Shown here: piece by piece, positions 49,689 through 58,971 of the stretch
Layout of the letters: every line of letters begins with the position of its first letter
Position numbering within the stretch: position 1 is the first letter of the stretch
Source: Vulcanimicrobiota bacterium
Lineage (GTDB): Bacteria; Vulcanimicrobiota; Vulcanimicrobiia; Vulcanimicrobiales; Vulcanimicrobiaceae
DNA length: 64,000 bases
Direction: 5' to 3'
Assembly (NCBI GenBank): GCA_963733295.1
Contig: CAVTCS010000003.1
Location: 1,952,001 to 2,016,000, forward strand
Position numbers and translations under genes: made by a program
The notes under the pieces: generated by a model
What the model was told of the DNA's origin: nothing
The model's database searches: none
Seen by the model: only the letters and a program-made list of their open reading frames with translations

Positions 49689-50456
49689 TCAGGTCCGGAG
49701 CTTGTAGCCGCGCGCGGTCATCTCGAATGCGATCCCCAGCGAGAGCGCGGTCAGCAGGCTGACGACCGCCAGCGACATCCCGAGCGACACGTCGCTGTGC
49801 CCCGTGTACGAGTAGCGTAGCGCGTCGATCATGTAGAACATCGGATTGAAGTACGAGATGTGCTTCACGAGCGGAGGCAAGAACTGCGACGTCGTGAACA
49901 CGCCGCCGACGAAGACGAGCGGCGTAATCACGAAGGTCGTCAGAACGGCGATGTGGTCGAATTTCTCGGCCAGCAGCCCGCAAATCAGACCGAGCGAACC
50001 AAACAACATCGCGACGAGAACGACGACTCCGAAAAAGAGCAGCCAGTTCTGCGGCAAAGTGTGCACCATCGCAAATCCGACCACGAAGATCAAGACCGCG
50101 ATGATCAGCGCGCGCAGCACCGCCGCGGCGACGTAGCCGGAAACGATCTCGAGCGCGGACATCGGAGCGATGAGCATCTCTTGGATCGCGTTCAAGAAGC
50201 GGCTCTGGAAGAGCGAACTCGACGACTCGCCGTACGTTTGGTCGATCACCTGCAGCATGATGAGCCCGGGGATAAGAAACGCCGCGTACGGAACGCCGTC
50301 GACGCTCTGAACTCGGCTGCCCAGTCCCAAGCCGAATACCAGGACGTACAGAATCGTCGTGATGATCGGTGGCCAAATCACTTGGTTGATGACCTTGTAC
50401 GTCCGCACGAGTTCGCGCTTGACGAGCGTTTGGAAACCGATGGGGTTCGCGAACAT
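49689..50456 (-). CDS. ABC-2 type exporter permease (YadH-like)
   Basis: YAAFLIPGLIM, ITPLVFVGGVF, NPMFYMIDALRY. TGATG overlap with the ATPase gene. Confidence 0.88.
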   Translation of the reverse strand: MFANPIGFQTLVKRELVRTYKVINQVIWPPIITTILYVLVFGLGLGSRVQSVDGVPYAAFLIPGLIMLQVIDQTYGESSSSLFQSRFLNAIQEMLIAPMSALEIVSGYVAAAVLRALIIAVLIFVVGFAMVHTLPQNWLLFFGVVVLVAMLFGSLGLICGLLAEKFDHIAVLTTFVITPLVFVGGVFTTSQFLPPLVKHISYFNPMFYMIDALRYSYTGHSDVSLGMSLAVVSLLTALSLGIAFEMTARGYKLRT

Positions 50457-51388
50457 CAGCGCTTCACCAGTTCGAGGAAAACGTCTTGCAGGCTCGAGCG
50501 CGTGAAGTCGACGTTGACGATTTCGCAACCCAGGCGCTCGAGTTCCGCCAGTGTCGGCGCGATCGCGCCGGGAGCAAGGTCGTCGATGTGCAGCGTCTTC
50601 GTGGCGCGGTCAAAGCGCGCGCCGAGTCCGGCCAACCCTGCAGGCAGCGGATCCAGAACGCGATCGAGCGTCACGCTAAAGGTCGTCTGTCCCCGCCGCG
50701 CGAGCAGCTTCGGCGTAGAATCCATCGCGACGATCCGGCCGCTTTCAATGATAGCGACGTTGCGGCAGAGCGTCTCGGCCTCTTCGAGGTAGTGGGTCGT
50801 GAGGATGATCGTCGTGCCCGCGGCGTTCAACTCGCGCAAGAGCTCCCACAGCTCGATGCGCAGCTCGACGTCGACGCCGGCGGTCGGTTCGTCGAGGATC
50901 AAGAGTTCCGGCTGGTGGATCATCGCGCGCGCCAGCGAGAGGCGACGCTTCATGCCACCCGAGAGGTGCGTGTAGGTCTCGCGAGACTTCGAGGTTAGGC
51001 CGAACCGCTCGAGCAACTCGTCGGCCCGCCCGCGTACCGCCTGCGGCGGCAAACCGTAGTAACCGGCCTGGTAGATCAAGACGTCGCGAATCGAGAGGTA
51101 GCGGTCGAAGTTGTATTCCTGTGGCGCCAGGCCGATCAGCCGGCGCGCGACGCGCCAGTCGGTAACCGTATCGTGCCCGAAGACCGCGATGCGGCCCGAG
51201 TCGATCTTGGCGAGACCGACGATCGCATTGATCGTCGTCGTCTTACCCGCGCCGTTCGGCCCCAAGAACCCGAAGAAGTCTCCCGCCTCGACCGCAAGCG
51301 AAACGTCGTCGACCGCCCGGAACGAGCCGTAACTCTTGCACAGATGCTCGACGCGCAGCGCCGGCAGCGGCTCAGGGGATCCGTTCAT
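50456..51388 (-). CDS. ABC exporter ATP-binding protein (YadG-like)
   Basis: GPNGAGKTT, LSGGMKRR, LILDEPTAGVD, TTHY. Confidence 0.92.
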   Translation of the reverse strand: MNGSPEPLPALRVEHLCKSYGSFRAVDDVSLAVEAGDFFGFLGPNGAGKTTTINAIVGLAKIDSGRIAVFGHDTVTDWRVARRLIGLAPQEYNFDRYLSIRDVLIYQAGYYGLPPQAVRGRADELLERFGLTSKSRETYTHLSGGMKRRLSLARAMIHQPELLILDEPTAGVDVELRIELWELLRELNAAGTTIILTTHYLEEAETLCRNVAIIESGRIVAMDSTPKLLARRGQTTFSVTLDRVLDPLPAGLAGLGARFDRATKTLHIDDLAPGAIAPTLAELERLGCEIVNVDFTRSSLQDVFLELVKR

Positions 51389-52100
51389 CCAACTCCTTGT
51401 ACCGGTGGCGCCTCAGGACTCTGATGCGATGCTCCGTCTCAGGCATGCCGCTCTTCTCGATGTCTCGCACGACTTTCTCTACGTCGAACGCGACGCGCCG
51501 GTGCTTGACCTGCCAGCCGTCCGGGCGCTGTGTAAAGATGGCGTAGCTCGCGCGCGGATCGCCGTCCTTGGGCAACCCGGCGGACGCAACGTTGACGAGC
51601 AAGCGATCCCGCCAGCGCCGAACGTACGGCAAGTGCAAGTGTCCGAACGCGATCGTTCGTTCCGCCACGCCGTCGAGCACTCGTTCCAAGAACGCTTCTT
51701 CGGCGTTCGGCCAAACGTGTTCGTCGTCGCTTTTTGGATTGGCGTGCACGACCAGTAACCCGTCCGCGTCCTCGCCGAAGTGCAGCGAGAAGGGAAGCTC
51801 GAACAAGAAGCGCGTCCACTCGGGACCGATCTGCTCGCGCTGCCAAGCGACTTCCCCGAGGTCATGGCGGCCGGCGTCGAACGCCCGAACGTCGCCGATG
51901 TAGCGGTCGGTGTTGCCGCGCACGCACTTCGCACCGGTCGACTGCAAGCGCTCGAGCACCTCACGCGGTCGCGGACCGTCCAGGCACAAGTCACCGGCCG
52001 CAACGAGCACCTCGGCCCCACCTTGCTCGGCCAGATCGGCGAGGCACGCGTCGAGGCCGCGGACGTTTCCGTGGATGTCGGAAAAGATCGCGATCCGCAT
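51372..52100 (-). CDS. calcineurin-like metallophosphoesterase
   Basis: SDIHGN, GDL, RGNTD, VHA, FGHLH, DGDPRASY. Confidence 0.88.
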   Translation of the reverse strand: MRIAIFSDIHGNVRGLDACLADLAEQGGAEVLVAAGDLCLDGPRPREVLERLQSTGAKCVRGNTDRYIGDVRAFDAGRHDLGEVAWQREQIGPEWTRFLFELPFSLHFGEDADGLLVVHANPKSDDEHVWPNAEEAFLERVLDGVAERTIAFGHLHLPYVRRWRDRLLVNVASAGLPKDGDPRASYAIFTQRPDGWQVKHRRVAFDVEKVVRDIEKSGMPETEHRIRVLRRHRYKELDERIP

Positions 52101-52115
52101 TAGTGGCCCGTAACA

Positions 52116-52982
52116 CTAGCCGCGCTTGAGAGCGAGGACCAATGCCGACGGCGTCGCACCAAGTTTGCCGAACTCCCACAGGTCGATCGCTTCGACGGCG
52201 ACCTTCTTCTTGCGGAGCAACGGCAGGACCGTGCGAAAACGAATGTTGGCAAGAACGCGGCGCTTGCCGATGACCAGCACGCCCGCCCCGTAGTCCTCGC
52301 CGAGTGGAACCTCGATGCGCTCGAGCGCCGCAAAAGCCGAGGTACCGTCGACGAGTCCGGGCGAGTAGAGCACCGTCTCGCTGTCGATCGGTGAAACAAC
52401 CGAACACAAGCGTCGCGCTTCCTCGGAAAACGGAACTTCGACGACGCGCAGACCGGCGGAAAGTGCGTATGCGGCCATCTGCGCGCGCCCGTGCGCGTTG
52501 CCGCGAGGAATGCGCGCGATGCCGACGTCGCTGCGCCGGAAAGCCGGGACGCCGAGATACAGGACTTCGCCGAGCAACATCGCGTCTTCACCGTCGAAGA
52601 GTCCGGGCGCCTCGATCCGTCCGACGATCGGTACGTTCAGTCGCGCGAGCTCGGGTTCGATCGCCGCAACCTCGCCTCGCCGCGCCGGATCGCTCGGTCG
52701 CATCAGAAACGCGCCCGACGGGAAGACCAGTGCCGTGTCGGCGCACAGAGCGGCGAGCGGCAAACTTTCGGGCGCATCGAGAAAAGTGGTTGCGACCCCG
52801 CACGCCGCGAGGCGCGCCAGAAGAACACCCTGCTGCGCGAGGGCCCGGCTCGCGATCGGGCTCGGCTCGCCAAGAAGTGGCAGCTCGCGTTCGATCGCCT
52901 GGGAAGTGCGCACGACAACGGCAGCCTGCAACGTCCCGACGGCGTCGCGGATGAACGGCGCCTTGAACGTCGCCTGTGCCAT
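52116..52982 (-). CDS. DDAH/amidinotransferase (pentein)-fold protein, apparently non-catalytic
   Basis: RP...RRGE, IEAPG.FDGED, RGNAHG and IDLWEFGKLG match the DDAH scaffold. The catalytic His and Cys positions read R and A. Confidence 0.75.
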   Translation of the reverse strand: MAQATFKAPFIRDAVGTLQAAVVVRTSQAIERELPLLGEPSPIASRALAQQGVLLARLAACGVATTFLDAPESLPLAALCADTALVFPSGAFLMRPSDPARRGEVAAIEPELARLNVPIVGRIEAPGLFDGEDAMLLGEVLYLGVPAFRRSDVGIARIPRGNAHGRAQMAAYALSAGLRVVEVPFSEEARRLCSVVSPIDSETVLYSPGLVDGTSAFAALERIEVPLGEDYGAGVLVIGKRRVLANIRFRTVLPLLRKKKVAVEAIDLWEFGKLGATPSALVLALKRG

Positions 52983-52987
52983 GCCCC

Positions 52988-55523
52988 CTATTTGGGCTCG
53001 AACGGCGCCGGGTCCGCCTTGGGCGAAAAGAAATCGCTGAGATCGGTCGCCAGCGCATCGCCAAGCGCAAGGGGCGGCAGCCCGAGGATCTCTTCTTCGG
53101 TCTTTAGGACGCCGGCCGTCGAGACGTGGCGCATGCCCAGAAAGTGCCGCTTTGCATAGGGCGAAACGACGATCGCATACGTGCGCTGCAGATCGACGTG
53201 ATCGCGACTCGCGGCGGAGTCGGCCGCAATGATGAAGATCGCCGTCGAACTCCACTGCGGAAGATGCGTGAGATACGCCACGATCGTCCCAAGCGCGCGG
53301 TCGCCGTCGGCGACCTGCTCGGTGAGCGACGGCAAGTCTTTACCCTGCACGCCCCGGTCGCCGGGCAGCGAAATGTACGTGAATTCGGGCATTTGGCCGG
53401 CCTGCACGAGCGTGTCGAAATCGCGCGTGAACTCGGTCGCCCGCACGGTGTCGCGAACGTGCGGATTGAAACTCGCGTATTGCAAGTCCACGTGACCCGC
53501 GAGCGCCAGCGGAGCCGGAGTATCGAAGGTGAAGCGGCCGCCGAGTCCGGCGCCCGCGGCGTCGGGCGTGTAGCCCGTGACCTGAACGAAGTCGCCATAG
53601 TCGCGAAAACTGCGGTCGTGAAGCGAGAGCCCGTTGAAGATGTACCCCGAACGCGGGTAGTCTTCGGGGTCCTGACAGCTCGCGAAAGGCGCGCTATCGG
53701 AACTGTCGAGCGCGCCGCGCTCGGTGAAGAGCGATGCGATGCCCGCAGCGGCAAATTGCGTGCCTGGGCCCGAGCCCGTGGCGCCGGCGTAGAAGTTACC
53801 GGCAAGTCCGAAGGTTGCAGCCAGGGCGTGAAGGTTCGGCGTGACGGTCCGGTCGTAGGCGACGAGACCGGGATCGCCCGGGCCGTACGGAGCGCCCGTC
53901 GCGTCGGTGAGGTCGCCGAGCATCGCGTCGTAGGTCTTGCCCGATTCGACGATGACGACGACGTGCCGGATCAGTCGCGAACGCATCGTGCCCATTAGCG
54001 GAACGACTTTGTCGTGGCGAGCGGGACGAACCGCTCGCTGATACGCGAGCGCGTGCGCGGTCGACACGTGCAAATTGACGTTGCCGAGATCGATGCGCTC
54101 CAGCGTCGACCAGAGCGCGCTGCCGTCGGCCGCGACTTCGAGGACGTTCCCGCGCGGGTCCAGAGCGGTCGGACGTTCGCCCATGAAGCCACGATCCTGG
54201 CCGATTCCCTTTGCGTTGACGACGAAGAGCGTCCGTCCGTCGCGCGAGAGCGCGAGCGCTGCCGGATACCAACCCGTCGGAATGAGGCCAAGCCGGTGCA
54301 AGCGTTTCGGATCGCTGGTGTCGAGCACCGCGATCGCGTTGATTCCGGCCAGCGCTACGTACAGACGCTTCTCGTCTTTGCTCAAAACGAGGGCGCTCGG
54401 CTGAGTTCCGTAGGGCCCGCGATCGAAGAGCCGCAGCTCGGTTCCGCCCACGACGATGGGTGTGCCGCCGAGCAGCGAGATTGTTGCAACGCGATCGACG
54501 TTGCTCATCGCGACGAAGGCGTACGGCTTCGTGCGCATCGCAACGAGCGCAGCGGGTTGCGCGCCTCCCGTGATTCGCAACCCGTCCGGGCGCCGATCGA
54601 GCGGCAGCGCCAACTGCGGCGGCACGAAGCCGCCGCTCGCGTCGAGCGCGATGAACGAGAGCGACGAAGCGCGCTGCAGATCTTCCGGCACGGTCGCGAA
54701 CGGCGGAGCGGCGGCCGCTTCGGGCAAGCCGCGAGTAGCCGCCCAAGCCTTCGTTGGCGACGATCAATTGCGAGCGCGAGACGACCGCGCCGAACGGGAA
54801 GAAACCTACCTGGACGGCGGTTCCGCTCGTCGCGCGCGTGGCGGGATCGATCGCGAAGACCTCGCCGCCGAGCTCGTCGACCACGTAGGCGCGCGATCCA
54901 TCCGGCGCGAGTGCGATCGTGCTCGGAAACGCGTGGCCCGCGCTCGTGGAGCGGGCGTCCGGCGCGGGCACCGCAATGCGGTGACGCGTGTCGCGCGTGA
55001 TGTGCCCCATCGCGTCGAGGTCGAAAGCGTAGACGACGTTGTGCCGGCCGCCCGACGCCAGTACCAGCGTGTTTTGTGGATTGACGGGATCGCGTAGCGC
55101 GACAATGCCCGCGAAGAAACCTTCATCGTCCGCACGGTACCGGTCGACGATCTCGAGCGACGCGGTGTCGATCACCGCTAGCGACGACCCGCCCCGCGTA
55201 AGACCGTCGAGCGCACTTACGGTGTCGCTCTGACCTTCCGCACCGTTGGAAACGATCGCGAAGCGGTCGTCGGGTGTCAGCGCGACGCCGAGCGCGCCCA
55301 TGCCGGTAACGACGCTTTTCCCCGCGGGCGAAACGAGCCGTCCCGAAGGCAAGATGCGCGAATATGGTTCGAGCGTATCGACCTCGCCCGCGGGCCGTAG
55401 CCCGGCGGGGGACTCGAAGGTGACGGCTGGCGCGGACGAACTTTGGCCGAGAGCGACCGGCGGCGTCAGGACAAAGGCGAAGAACGCCGCCGGGACGGCC
55501 AACCGGCGCAGAGCTACGAGCAT
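52988..55523 (-). CDS. exported YncE/YVTN beta-propeller plus phosphoesterase-like protein, one apparent frameshift at ~54730
   Basis: Signal peptide, LPSGRLVSPAG, propeller repeats (VALTPDDR, ALAPDGSRAYV, IPTGWYPAALAL), then RHVVVIV..TYDAMLGD, TPNLHALA, DHVD, VVSPYAK. Confidence 0.78.
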
Positions 55524-55587
55524 TACTGGGGGCAATTACAACTCAGGCTGGTCGCGACCCCCGAGCCCAAGCAACCGGCGCGGCGGC

Positions 55588-56289
55588 TTAGCCCTCATCC
55601 AATCGGTAACCGATCCCTCGAACCGAGCTGATCCGCACCTCTGACCCGATCTCGCCGAGCTTCTTCCGCAACGAGCCCACGTGGACGTCCACGACGCGCG
55701 TGGCGACGCCCGACACGTCGTGCCAGACGCGCTCGAGAATCTGCGCCCGGGTGAGCAGGCGGCCCTCAGCGTCGATGAGATACTCGAGCAGGGCGAACTC
55801 GAGCTGGGTGAGGTCGGCACTCGCGCCGGCCGCGTGTTCGAGCGTTTGCCGCTCGCGGACGAGTACCATGTCACCGTACTGAACGCGCGGCGTGGAAAGA
55901 CGGTGCGCCCGGTCACGCCGCCGCAAGAACGCATTGACTCGCGACAGCAGTTCTTCGCTCGCGAAAGGCCGCATGAGCAGATCGTCGGCGCCGAGTTCGA
56001 GGCCGGTCGATTTGATGTCTTCAGCGCTATAGCCGCTCGTCAGCAGGATGTAGGCATCGCTCGTTTGCGCGATCGTCGCGCACAAGTCGAGCCCCCAAAT
56101 GTCCGGCAGCGCGAGTCCGAGCAGCACGACGTCGGGACGATACTCGTCGAGCAGCCGCAAGCCGTCGCGTCCGGTGAAGGCGATCCGCACGTCGTAGCCG
56201 GCGCGCTGAAGCTGCGACGCCTCGTCCTTGGCTTCGATCGAGTCGTCTTCGATGATCAGGATTCGCGCGCCATCCGCTTCGGCCGACAT
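55588..56289 (-). CDS. OmpR-family response regulator with atypical receiver domain
   Basis: ILIIEDD, PDVVLLGLALP (G at the phospho-Asp position), GADDLLMRPF, and winged helix VDVHVGSLRKKL...VRGIGYRL. Confidence 0.88.
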   Translation of the reverse strand: MSAEADGARILIIEDDSIEAKDEASQLQRAGYDVRIAFTGRDGLRLLDEYRPDVVLLGLALPDIWGLDLCATIAQTSDAYILLTSGYSAEDIKSTGLELGADDLLMRPFASEELLSRVNAFLRRRDRAHRLSTPRVQYGDMVLVRERQTLEHAAGASADLTQLEFALLEYLIDAEGRLLTRAQILERVWHDVSGVATRVVDVHVGSLRKKLGEIGSEVRISSVRGIGYRLDEG

Positions 56290-56298
56290 AGCCTCCCG

Positions 56299-57741
56299 TT
56301 AGACCGGCCTCGCGATCTCCTCGCTTTCGGTCACCATCAGTTGTCGGCGAGCGACACCCTCCTCAACAGCGGCTGCCGCGACGGCGCGCGCGACCGCGTC
56401 GACGACTCGCGTATCGAAGACCGACGGAACGACGTATTCCGGGCCACGCTCGGCGTCGGTGATGATCCCGGCGATGGCGCGCGCCGCGGCCAGCTTCATC
56501 CCGTCGGTGATGCGATTGGCGCGGCAATCGAGCGCTCCGCGGAAAATTCCCGGGAATGACAGCAAGTTGTTGACTTGATTCGGAAAATCGGAGCGCCCGG
56601 TTGCCATGACGGCGACGTACGGCGCCGCCACGTCGGGCATGATCTCGGGCGTCGGATTCGCCATCGCGAACACGATCGGGTCGCGCGCCATCCGCTTGAT
56701 GTCGTCCGGCCGAAGGGTGCCGGCCGCCGAGACGCCGATGAAGACGTCCGAACCGACGAGCACGTCCGAGAGCGCGCCGCGACGGTTCTCGCGATTGGTG
56801 TGCTCGGCGAGCCACGTCTTATGTGAGTTGTCGTAGTGATCGAGGCGGTTGAGCGCGCCCGCGCGGTCAACGGGTATGACGTCGCGCACACCCGAGGCAA
56901 GCAGCATTTTCATCGTGGCCGTCCCCGCCGCGCCGCTCCCCGCAACGACGACGGTGAGATCTTCCATGCGTTTCCCGACGACCGCCGCGGCGTTGATCAG
57001 CGCCGCGAGAATCACGACCGCCGTGCCGTGCTGGTCGTCGTGCATCACCGGAATCTCGAGCCGCTCTTGGAGGCGCCGCTCGATCTCAAAACAACGCGGG
57101 GCGCTGATGTCTTCGAGGTTGATTCCGCCGAAGATCGGCGCGATGCGCACGACCGTTTCGACGATCTCGTCGACGTCCTTCGTATCCAGGCAGATCGGGA
57201 AGGCATCGATGCCCCCGAACTGCTTGAAGAGCATGCACTTGCCTTCCATCACCGGCGCCGCGCCGAGCGGTCCGATGTCGCCGAGGCCCAAGACTGCGGT
57301 ACCGTCGGTCACGACCGCGACGGTGTTGCGCTTGATCGTCAATTGAAATGCCTTCGACGGGTCGGCGGCGATCGCCATCGAGACGCGCGCCACGCCCGGC
57401 GTATAGACTTTCGAAAGGTCGTCGCGCGTTTTGACCGGGATCTTCGGCTCCACCGAGATCTTGCCGCCCAAATGCGCGAGGAAGGTCGAATCGGAGAGGC
57501 TGACGACCCGCACGCCTTCGAGACGCTCGACGGCTTTGCGCACCGCCAGGGCGACCGAATCCGAGGCAACGGTTATCGTGACGTCGCGCGTGACGTGATG
57601 CTTTCCGACCGAGCGCATGTCGACGGCACCGATGATGCCGCCGGCGTCGCCGATCGCCGAAGCAACCGAACCGAAGGCGCCGGGATGCGACGGCATCTCC
57701 AGCCGCGCGATGATCGTGTATCCAATTGCAGGTGAAGCCAT
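56299..57741 (-). CDS. NAD(P)-dependent malic enzyme with N-terminal ACT domain
   Basis: ACT-like N-terminus, VYTPGVA, TDGTAVLGLG, VMEGK, NLEDI, HDDQHGTA, GSGAAG, AMANPTPE, TGRSDFPNQVNN. Confidence 0.92.
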   Translation of the reverse strand: MASPAIGYTIIARLEMPSHPGAFGSVASAIGDAGGIIGAVDMRSVGKHHVTRDVTITVASDSVALAVRKAVERLEGVRVVSLSDSTFLAHLGGKISVEPKIPVKTRDDLSKVYTPGVARVSMAIAADPSKAFQLTIKRNTVAVVTDGTAVLGLGDIGPLGAAPVMEGKCMLFKQFGGIDAFPICLDTKDVDEIVETVVRIAPIFGGINLEDISAPRCFEIERRLQERLEIPVMHDDQHGTAVVILAALINAAAVVGKRMEDLTVVVAGSGAAGTATMKMLLASGVRDVIPVDRAGALNRLDHYDNSHKTWLAEHTNRENRRGALSDVLVGSDVFIGVSAAGTLRPDDIKRMARDPIVFAMANPTPEIMPDVAAPYVAVMATGRSDFPNQVNNLLSFPGIFRGALDCRANRITDGMKLAAARAIAGIITDAERGPEYVVPSVFDTRVVDAVARAVAAAAVEEGVARRQLMVTESEEIARPV

Positions 57742-57814
57742 GCTCGGGCCTTTCTTCGAAGGGCGGACAGCCCCTCGGCGCCCGGGTTGCCCTCGACCGT
57801 CGTTTCCGCTCCGC

Positions 57815-57862
57815 GAAATGAAAGGGGCAACGATCGCGCATCACGCTCGCGATCGTTGCCCC
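57815..57862 (-). terminator. Rho-independent terminator after the WxxGxW-repeat gene
   Basis: Perfect 15-bp stem GGGGCAACGATCGCG/CGCGATCGTTGCCCC (57824-57862), followed on the minus strand by TTTCATTTC. Confidence 0.8.
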
Positions 57863-57883
57863 GAACCCGCTTCTCGACGGATG

Positions 57884-58873
57884 TTACTTTTGCGTATCGT
57901 GCTCCGGCGGAGCTTTTTGCGGCGGCTTACTCTGCGGATGCGACTGCGGCGGGTGCTGCGCGTATGCGGGTTGCGACCCGTGCTGCGCGTATGCCGGTTG
58001 CGCCGGATGCTGCGCGTTGGTCGACTGCGGATGGAGCGACTGTCCGCCGTATGCGCTGGTGCTGTGTGGCTGCGAGATCACGTGCTCTGACGCGGCTTGC
58101 CGGTCTTCCGTGCTGAGCGGAGTGTAACCCGCCGGCCGGTTTTCCTTGCTCAAGGGTTGGGTGAAGGCGGCACGTTCGGGCGAGAGTTGGCCGTGATTCA
58201 CCGAGGAGAGCATGTTGCGATCGTGCGACGCGACCGAGATGTGCTGCTTCTGTTCGGCCGTCGGCGGCAAGTGTTCTTCTTGCATCGCGGAGCGCTCGGC
58301 CTCGGTCGGTTGTGCGGCGATGCCGCCCGGGCCACCGTTGTAGCTCACCCGGTTGACCGTATTGTAGTTGTTCACCACGACCGTGTTGTTGACGTAGGTG
58401 TTGTGGACGTACGTCGCGTTGACGTTCGTGACCGCGGTGTTGTAGCGGAAAACGCCGCCTGCCCAGCCGCCGCCGACGTAACCCACGCCGAAGTATCCGG
58501 CGCCGTAGTTCACGCCACCGTAGAAGCCGACGTGCGTGCCCCAGTAACCAGGATGCCACGCGTAGTAGCTGCCGCTGTAGCCCCAATAGCCGGGTGTCCA
58601 GAGATAACCGGGATAAGGCGCCGCGACCCACGTGCCGGGAACCCAGAAGTATCCGGCCTGGCCCCAGGCCCAGTATCCGGGACACCAGATAAGGTTCGGA
58701 GCGGGCGCGGGCGGCTGCACGTAGACGGGCAGCACGGGTGGACCGATGTTCACCGCAAGACCGATGCCGATCGAGACTTGCGCGGAAGCCGGCGCCGGAG
58801 CGGCGAGTGCCGGCACTGCGAACAGCAGCATTCCGGCAACACTTATTTTAACGAATTGAGAAAGCCGTGACAT
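57884..58873 (-). CDS. exported YXWGXW (WxxGxW) repeat protein
   Basis: Signal peptide, repeats WCPGYW, WVPGTW, WTPGYW and WHPGYW, GFYGGVNYG, an Asn/Val-rich stretch and a Pro/Gln tail. GGGAG RBS. Confidence 0.85.
   Translation of the reverse strand: MSRLSQFVKISVAGMLLFAVPALAAPAPASAQVSIGIGLAVNIGPPVLPVYVQPPAPAPNLIWCPGYWAWGQAGYFWVPGTWVAAPYPGYLWTPGYWGYSGSYYAWHPGYWGTHVGFYGGVNYGAGYFGVGYVGGGWAGGVFRYNTAVTNVNATYVHNTYVNNTVVVNNYNTVNRVSYNGGPGGIAAQPTEAERSAMQEEHLPPTAEQKQHISVASHDRNMLSSVNHGQLSPERAAFTQPLSKENRPAGYTPLSTEDRQAASEHVISQPHSTSAYGGQSLHPQSTNAQHPAQPAYAQHGSQPAYAQHPPQSHPQSKPPQKAPPEHDTQK
57953..58017. repeat. 27-bp tandem repeat (~2.4 copies) encoding QHxxQPAYA
   Basis: GTGCTGCGCGTATGCGGGTTGCGACCC / GTGCTGCGCGTATGCCGGTTGCGCCGG / ATGCTGCGCGT. 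Confidence 0.8.
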
Positions 58874-58953
58874 GGTGAATCGTTTCTCCCAAGCGGGTAG
58901 TACGTCAATACTGTACCCGCACGCAGAGCGACTCGCTAGTCGAAGCCGCAGAA

Positions 58954-58971
58954 TCTCATACGGCTCTCACA
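58954..58971 (-). promoter_or_regulatory. tandem direct repeat with 11-bp period upstream of the WxxGxW gene
   Basis: The minus strand reads TGTGAGA-gccg-TATGAGA. Confidence 0.4.

Noticed and set aside
57953..58017. Tandem repeat as a CRISPR array
   Set aside because: It has no unique spacers, lies in frame in a coding tail, and no cas genes are present.
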